This document shows, one piece after another, positions 56,229-64,000 of a stretch of DNA of 64,000 nucleotides (position 1 is the first letter of the stretch; the number at the start of each line of letters is the position of its first letter). The DNA is from Felis catus. Its lineage: Eukaryota. The stretch lies in contig NC_058368.1 of the NCBI RefSeq assembly GCF_018350175.1, forward strand, positions 117,368,001-117,432,000. Direction: 5' to 3'. A program made the position numbers and the translations under genes. The notes under the pieces are model-generated. The model did no database searches. It was not told where the DNA came from and was given only the letters and a program-made list of their open reading frames with translations.

Positions 56229-56870
56229 TTTTTTTTTTAATTTAATTTTTTATTTTTTAAAATTTACATCCAAATTAGTTAGCATATAGAGCAACAATGA
56301 TTTCAGGAGTAGATTCCTTAGTGCCCCTTACCTATTTAGCCCATCCCCCTTCCCACAACCCCTCCAGTGACCCTCAGTTTGTTCTCCATATTTATGAGTC
56401 TCTTCTGTTTTGTCCCCCTCCCTGTTTTTATATGGTTTTTGTTTCCCTTCCCTTAGGTTCATCTGTTTTGTCTCTTAAAGTCCTCATATGAGTGAAGTCA
56501 TATGATTTTTGTCTTTCTCTGACTGACTAATTTCACTTAGCATAATACCCTCCAGTTCCATCCATGTAGTTGCAAAAGGCAAGATTTCATTCTTTTTGAT
56601 TGCCAAGTCATACTCCATCGTGTATATATACCACATCTTCTTTATCCATTCATCCATTGATGGACATTTGGGCCCTTTCCATACTTTGGCTATTGTTGAT
56701 AGTGCTGCTATAAACATGGGGGTGCATGTGTCCCTTTGAAACAGCACACCTGTATCCCTTGGATAAATACCTAGTAGAGCAATTGCTGGGTTGTAGGGTA
56801 GTTCTATTTTTAGTTTGTTGAGGAACTTCCTTACTGTTTTCCTGAGTGGCTGCACCAGCTTGCATTCCCA
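56229..56870 (-). mobile_element. 5'-truncated carnivore L1 with ORF2 C-terminus and 3' UTR
   Basis: Minus ORF ...WECKLVQPLRKTV...IELPYNPAIALLGIYP...CTPMFIAAL...EWIKKMWYIYTMEY...WMELEGIMLSEISQ matches the L1 ORF2 C-terminus. Poly-T tail and 13-bp TSD TCCCCACACATCT (56216-56228, 56871-56883). Confidence 0.95.
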
Positions 56871-57849
56871 TCCCCACACATCTAAAGAAAGGCAAGGTGG
56901 TGGATGAAGGCTAGGGTACAGGGGTGACATGAGGGACATTCAGTCTTTTTTCTCAGTCTTGACCTAACTTCCTCCTGCCCTGCTTCCCAGCAAGCCACCC
57001 GAATGCCACTGGGCTGGTTCCTCTTGGGACACAGAGCTCCAATGGAATGTGAGGCTGTACTCTGGAGATGGGATTGTGTCACGGGCCTGCAGTGTTTATA
57101 AATTGGAGGATTTGAAGTAGTCAGAGGTTGAAGACCTAGGCCAAGAGGGGGTGCCCCTTGGCCCCAGTCTAGCCCCTCTTGGCCTCCTTGCACTAGAAAA
57201 GGGAGTGATTATTGTGTGCTGTTCTGGACCTTCTACCTGAACTTCTACCTTCTACCTGTTTCTGCCTCCTCCTGGCCCCAGCACCAGCACTCACTCCTGA
57301 TTTTTTACTGTTTTTCCAGATCAGCTGAGAGTCAGACACTGCCCCCATTCAGGAATATGGAGGTCTGAGGGGGCTCAGAGAAACTCACTCCCAGCCCTGC
57401 ATGGATGCGTGTGTCCACTCAGTGCAGGGAGGGAATATTGTTCTCCCTTGTCCTGCTGGATCCAGCCACTCCTCCTCAGAAAACTCCCTACATAGATCCA
57501 TTTACAGGGGACCACCTTCACTAGGACTTGACTTTCTACCCTCTGCCCTCCTCTCCCTCCTTGCTGCTCTTGCCCACCCTCTCCTCCCTTATCTCTCAGA
57601 TGTCCACCCCTTTGCCCCCCATCTGGAAAAAAATAGTTGGTCAGTTCCTGCCCCCCATAGAGTCTCTATTTCTTTGGTTTCAGCAGCTGTGCTGGACTGG
57701 TCAGACTCAGGCTCTGGGACTGATCCTGGTGTGGGACACATAGAGGGAGACAAATCTCCGAACCCCCTTGTCTTAGGCCCTCTAGAAGCAGAGCTTGTGG
57801 CCAGGATTCAGGTGAAAGCCCAGGGGGCTAAGGATGAGGAAGAGGGAAA

Positions 57850-60310
57850 TATGTGCACAGAAGACACAAAGCAAGGTGGTGCAATGCCTTACTGTCTTGA
57901 CTTGCTTCACATGGGCCACAGAAAGACACGGCAGTTTGCTTGGCTAGAGTGTGTGCACTCAGCATGTGGTGGGACTCCTCTAGAAGGCTGTAAGGAGGAA
58001 GCACACCTTGCAGTAGCCCATAGCTTCTACCCACAACCTATCCCCATGGGGCAAGGTTCACAGCAAGCTTCTGGGTTCTGTCAACCAACCCTTGGTGGCA
58101 TTCAGAAACCACTATGAAGTGTGGCCTTTCGTCTAAGCCTGAAGGTGGGGGGCAACGTCAGAGAGAGTAGGGAGGTAGTCAAGTCATTCGAGAAGAAAGG
58201 TTTCCATCTCAATATGGTCCAGCCCTCGTGCCACTGAGATCCATTCACGCCCTTGCATTATATCTGACTTCCCTACTACAACATGGGGCCTCCGGTTTTG
58301 TCCAAGAGAACAAAGCTGTCATTACTTTTTCTGCAGAAAGGAAGGTACAGTCCACTGTAAACAAAGCCCCTTCAAGGTAATGCTAGCTGTGATCCCAAGG
58401 AAGATAAGGACAGGAGGGTTAATGAAGCAAGCCTTAGTCCCCACTACTGTAGCTGGTCCTGATTCGTAACTGATCTTGTCTCCCTCCTTCTCTTATCCTC
58501 AGTTAACCCTCTGCAGATCTAAACTACTTGCCAGATGAGATTATATGGGCTTTCGTCCCTGGGAGCACTGATCCCTTGGTTGCCTTCCCTTTGGGGATTG
58601 TCACTGTTGAAGTTGTCCATCGTCAATTACAACTGGGTGGGAGTTTCTAAGAGATGTCCAGTGAAACTCCTGGCAGGGTTCAGACACAGCCTTCCCTGCC
58701 CTTATTGCATCGATATGTATTCTATCTACTGCTCTTATTCCTCCTGGCAATCAGGATCAATGGCTTGACCAATCCAGCCATGAATGTCCTTTTTTGCTAT
58801 TGGTCCCCTGGCATAAAGAGCAGTCACAGCTTCCAGTTTAGTACGAATGTTACTCTGTTCCCTGGTACATACAGTTGCCACTGCATGGGAACTAGGGCCC
58901 TTAACAAGCAGAGCCTAAAGTTTTGGGAACAAGAAGCAAAAACTGTGCAGATCTGAGAGTGAGATGGGTCACTTGCACTTCCACATTGATTATGGGACCT
59001 GTAATTTCCAGGTATAGGGGACAAAGTGCTATCAAACAAATACCATGTCCAGAAGTTCTGGGCCCAAACTCACATGTGTCATGTTTCTGCCAGCAACTTC
59101 TGAGCATTGCACAGGCTGCTCCACTGTTCTGCCAGGCCCACTGCTTCTGGGTGATGAGGTACAACTTAGTAAGACCAATGTATCTGTTGAATTTACCACC
59201 ATTTCATTACCTCATAGCATATGCAAAAATTAATGCAAAATGGATCAAAATCTAAATGTAAGAGCTGATGATGTTTAAGTCTTAGGTGACCTCATTATTG
59301 TACCTTCCTTGTAGAAGCACTGTGGACAAGGAAGACAAACTCAAACCCCAAGCACACACTGGTTCTAGTAAGGACAAATAACTGTCCCCTCCAGGGTGGA
59401 AGGAAGGGATTCAGTGCAAGCCATGTGCCACCAGGGACTAGGCTGGTCTGCTGAGGAAGAGAACCACACCAGGTGTTCAGCATGGGGCTTGTTGTAGGCA
59501 GGTTGAGCCCTCAGAGTGGTAGGATGATCTCAGCCTTAGTGAGGGGAGCCCATGCTGTTGGGCCCATACATGACCCCCATTCCTGGCACCATGACCATTC
59601 TAATCAAAAGCTATTGTGCAGACATTTGAGGTGGACAGGAAAAGATTCACTCACCTCATGAATCATTGTGTCTGCTGTGTTGACAGCAACCTGGCATTTC
59701 TGTCTCCTTTCCTATCTCATTCCTATTCTCCTGCTCTGAAGGGTGTTTGAGACCCAGAGGTTTTCACACTTGGTGCCCACTTCCAAAAGTCTGTCCATCT
59801 GTCTTTCCATAGCCCTCTTTCTCAGTGATCTTGGTTTTGTTCTTTCTAGGCTCCTGACCAATGAGCCAAGTGATTCACAACTTCCCAGGAGTCAGGGAAT
59901 ATCCACATCTCAGACCACGTCTTCTTCTACATGAAGCTGACAACCAAATGTACTGCTCAGAGTTTTTTGCGCACTGGATAGTACTTCCCCTGACCACTGT
60001 CTTTTGGTGTCACCCCTCAGAGGGCCATAATATGACATCAGTCCACCTCAGACTCTCACCACCATATCACACTGACCATCTGTGGGTCTCTTCCTTGTCA
60101 TTGGGTGATCACAGGAACTCTGAGAAGCCATACAAGCTTTATGACCCAATATCCCCCTCCACTCCTATCTGCCTGTGACTTCCTCTCTATTCCTGACTAT
60201 TGGGAAGTGGTCCCTCACCCCTCTGGCCTCCAATTTCACTTCACACCCTTGTTGAACCAGGCCAGCAGGGAGATGGGCTGCTACTTCCTCCTGGGCCTTG
60301 GGGGTAGGGT
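57850..60310 (-). mobile_element. Degenerate ERVL/MaLR internal (pol-like) remnant
   Basis: Patchy ERVL-like text, e.g. minus-strand ACAGATGGTCAGTGTGATATGG resembling the RNase H TDGS region. No intact ORF, boundaries approximate. Confidence 0.45.
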
Positions 60311-60422
60311 GCTGCCTTCCCAATACCTTAGCATCCTCACAGCAGTAACAATATGGTAACAACATCAACAATAGCTCCTGCGCATGAGGTGCTCCTCATG
60401 TGCCCCACAATGTGCTAATAGT

Positions 60423-60554
60423 CAGGGCCAAGACTAGAGCAAAAAGAACAAGGAGCTTAGGACACAAATTTTAAGAAGATCTCAGTGTCATACAAGTCCC
60501 AAATCCTTTAAATTTGGGGTTCCAGGCACTTGATTTTGTCTAGTCTTGACCCTA
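60423..60554. mobile_element. Short hAT MITE (MER53-like)
   Basis: TIRs AGGGCCAAGACTAG / CTAGTCTTGACCCT (13 of 14 match) with a degenerate 8-bp TSD CTAATAGT / CTAATAAA. Confidence 0.65.
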
Positions 60555-60829
60555 CTAATAAACTCGTGGCATAGATTGTCTTCTTTCATTCTCATAAGTA
60601 AATACTATTACCCCCATTTTACAGATGAGGTAACTGACTAGGAGGTTCATTTGACAAAGTCACTCTGTTGGCAACTGGCACAGCCATGTTTTTCTGACTT
60701 TAAGGCCTAAGCTCTTAGCCTCTCAGCTGTATTAGCCCATCTTAGCCTGGCCTGAGCCCTGCGGGAAGCTCCCTGAGGGTGATCCTCCAGAAGAATCGAA
60801 ATCCCACTCAGACGTGGGCCACGGGACCA

Positions 60830-61330
60830 GGTTGCACTGATGCAGGAAGGCTGCATCCGAGGACCTAGGGAGAGTCCAACAGGATCAGTCAAGAAGATCT
60901 TTGGCTTCACGCAGGATAGAAGTCAAACGTGAGCCAGAGAAAGTGAAAACAGAGTTTGCTGAATAGCATGAGTGAAGAAAATAGCGGAGTGTCTAGGAGG
61001 CTTGGGAAGGAGATAGGAATGAGTTTTGTCGTTGCTTGGGGCCATAGGGGGTTATACTGAAAAAAAGATCTAGGGTATGTGTTTCTTCAGGAGTCCATGG
61101 TAGGGTCCAATCAAAGGCGGGTGTCAGGTGAACAATAGGTGTTATTTCATAAGTTACTGAAGAAGGTAGGGGTATTGATGCCAGCATCAGCTGAGGTTTG
61201 TTTGAAGGTAATGTCCTGGAACATGTTTGGGATCCGGCTCTTAGATGTTATCAGGTGTTTGGGGCCTAGGACACAACTCAGAGAAAGATGAACTTTCTTG
61301 CTCCCCACCCCCCCACCTTGAAGTGGGAAC
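60830..61330 (-). mobile_element. Probable ERV1-class solo LTR
   Basis: TTGGCTTCACGCAGGATAGAAGTCAAACGTGAGCCAG..GTGAAAACAGAGTTT resembles the antisense U5/R region of ERV1 LTRs. Confidence 0.45.
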
Positions 61331-62016
61331 ATAGCTTCTTCCGCTTATTCACAGGCAAAATATGAAACATGAGTAAATGGGGCCTAGCGGAAAAACAGCA
61401 GAGATGCAACCTTTCTGCCATGGAGTGCCTTCAGCTTCCCTACTTCAGTACCACGCCTTTTCTCAGCGCTGGCAAAGCAGAAACACGTTTTGCGCAGGCA
61501 ACCAGAGGAGGGGGCTGCGCCAGAATGGGCAGGAAGGGGGCGCTTTCCCGAGCATGTCCACTAGATGGCTCCCCAACACCGAGTCACTGAGCTCGGGTGA
61601 CCGAGTGGGCGGCCCCCCAGTGGAGAGACGCAGAGCAAGGCCATCCCCTCTCCTCTGGCCAGCCTTCCCAGGACCCGGGGTTGACGGTCCCGACCCAGAT
61701 ATGAGCCTCGGCCGTCCTCCCGAGCTCTGCCCACCGACCCAGGTTTCAAACCCTCCTCTGCTCTCCCCACCCTCCGAATCCTCCAGGGGATGATGGACTC
61801 AGGGCGCGGAGGCTTCCCGGGGCACGCGGGAGAGTATCTTCTCAATTTCCTCTACGAATTGAGCCGTGCCCAGCGCCTCCCAGTGCCTCCACAGCACTGC
61901 CTCTTGCCTCCGTTCCCTTCCTGAATTCCCCAGGCCCTCCCTGTCACTCCCACCCTCTCAGCTTCTGCCAGTCTTCTGAGGCAGGGACCATTAAGGCCGT
62001 TTCCACAGATTTGGTG

Positions 62017-62044
62017 ATGCAAATACATGCAAATATATGCAAAT
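62017..62044 (+). promoter_or_regulatory. Three tandem perfect octamer (ATGCAAAT) motifs
   Basis: ATGCAAAT at 62017, 62027 and 62037. Confidence 0.7.
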
Positions 62045-64000
62045 CGCCATGTAAAGGAGGCTTGCCACTGTGGTTCTAAGTGGCTGTCACAGCTTCTCTG
62101 ACACCTGTTCTGAGAGACAGCTGCCCTGCCCCCCTCCTGCTCAGGAATCTATCTGATATTTACCCCCCTTTCTCTTCCAAAACTCTGGCTTCTGGTCCCC
62201 TTTCCTTCAGGAACCCTGGCTGGACACTTGGAGTCTTCTCTCCAAACTCTCTAGAGAGGGCAGGGAGGGAACCACATCTTATTGTGCACAGACTTTGGCC
62301 TCTGAAAATTACACCATTTCCTGGCTGTGTGGCCTTGGAAAAACAGCTGAACTTCTCTGAGCCTCAGTTTCATCAGCAGCAGAATGGGAATGATGATAGT
62401 ATTTACCTCATAAGGTTGTTGTAAAGATTCCACTCAATACTACACGTAAAGTGCTAAGCACAGTACCTTTGAAGAACATAGGAAGCGCATTGGTTATTAC
62501 CAATGTGATTATCATTGACCTTGCTGGTCATCGTATTCTGAGGGCTTGGGCTTTAAGACAGGTATGCAGATGGGCAGAGTTCTGGCATGCGCACATGGGG
62601 ACTCATCCTTGTGCATGCATGTGCATACACGCGTGCACAGCTGACAGCCTCACGCACTGGCAGGGCACATGCTCGGGTACACACACATTCAGAAACACAC
62701 ACAGGAGGAGGCTGTGGGAGGTGGAATCTGAGTCATCGAGACCAGAGCTGTGGGTGGTGCTTTTGTCCTGATTTCCGGGGCTCCACGCTCCATTTCGAAC
62801 AAGGAAATGTATGGGGGATGGCACAGCCAAGCCTCCAACTGAAGCTAGTTGTGTGGGCCCTTTCTTGCATCAGCCCCCTCCCCAGCTGGTCCCAACCCAG
62901 CTCTGTGTCATCTAGGCTTCTCTTTACTCTGACCTTAATGCTACTAAGTCCCCACAGGTGGGGCTGGGCAGGCACACTGGGTCCTTGACGTCATAGCACA
63001 AGCCCTGGATGACATCATAGAGCAGGTGCTGCCTGCTCCCTGGAGCATGCCCTAGGAGCTTGGTAAGTGTAGTGGGGAAGGAGGTTTGGGGGAGGTAACA
63101 TGTGGTGGTAGTTAAGAGCCCGTAATTGGGAAGGAGACAGACCCAAGTTCAATTAAGTCCTGGTTCTGCGTGACCTTTGGTAGTTTCCTTAAGCTCTTTG
63201 GATCTCAATTTCTTCACCAGTAGAATGAGGTCAGTCATACCTAACTCAGAGGGTTTTTGTATCTTTTCAATGAGATAATGCACATAAACATGTACTTTAT
63301 TCAGTGCTGCATGTACTGAATGTTCATATGTGGCTGTCATTGTGGATGATGCTTATTGAAGGTGAGAGCAGATTGTCTGGGCAGACCCACCCCTAGCAGT
63401 TTTATCTATTTCCTGTAGAGCTGCCCCTCCTCCCACACCACCCAGGCCAGGAGGGAAGGAGAGGGCAGTGCTGCCTGGTACATGGGGTCTCAGAGGGCCA
63501 CGTCCTAGGTTTGACATGGGTGGAGATATCATGCATGTGTCTCGGGAGACAGGTTCAGCCAGGTTTTCTTCTCTCGCTGGGAGATACTGGTCAAGATGGG
63601 ACAGAGTCTTGAAAGTTCTTTCTTTAGAAAGAAAGACACTACCATTTAGTGTATACCTACGATGTGCCAGGTACCATGCTGGGTGCTATTCCACGTGAGC
63701 TCTTTTTACCTTCCCAGCAGTCCTGTGAAGTAGCTCCTGGCATCCCCAGTGCACGAGACAAGGAGAAAATGAGCGACTTTCCCAAGGACACAGAGTGGGT
63801 AAACAGAGGAACTGGGATGCAGACAGACTCCCATTCCATGCTCTCTGTCTCACCACATCAGTGGTTTTAACTGATTCAGGTGGACTCCCTGAACATGGCA
63901 TTAGGGAGTATCAGTTCCCTGAATGTGCAGGGGGAAGGTTCTCTATTTCTTGGGTCAGTCTCTTGAGAGCCTTGTGGGCAATGGCAGAGATGGTGTGAAC

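Noticed and set aside
57401..58117. Longest non-genic ORF (238 aa, plus)
   Set aside because: No recognisable domain, Ser/Leu/Pro-rich composition, and it runs into ERVL/MaLR-like sequence. Likely chance.

Overview
Mammalian genomic DNA, most likely a felid, judged from the feline-type carnivore tRNA-derived SINEs. The window holds the conserved HDAC3 - RELL2 - FCHSD1 - ARAP3 block. HDAC3 (minus) has coding exons 1-10 here and runs off the left edge. RELL2 (plus) has 6 coding exons, 303 aa. FCHSD1 (minus) has 20 coding exons, about 692 aa. ARAP3 (minus) has 32 coding exons plus a non-coding first exon, 1544 aa. About 14 kb of repeat-rich intergenic DNA follows, with candidate enhancers. The three complete spliced ORFs assemble with consistent exon phases and terminal stops. 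I see no convincing wholly new gene system. The best leads are smaller. They include a 20-bp tandem duplication that copies an ARAP3 splice donor, three perfect octamers (ATGCAAAT) at 10-bp spacing next to CTCF-like sites, and tail-to-tail poly(A) signals implying RELL2/FCHSD1 antisense overlap. Others are non-canonical or tandem splice sites in FCHSD1 and HDAC3, an in-frame upstream ATG for RELL2, a CpG-retaining Tc1/mariner-type MITE and a candidate transmembrane smORF in HDAC3 intron 3. Repeat family names and human/mouse comparisons come from recall, not a database search.
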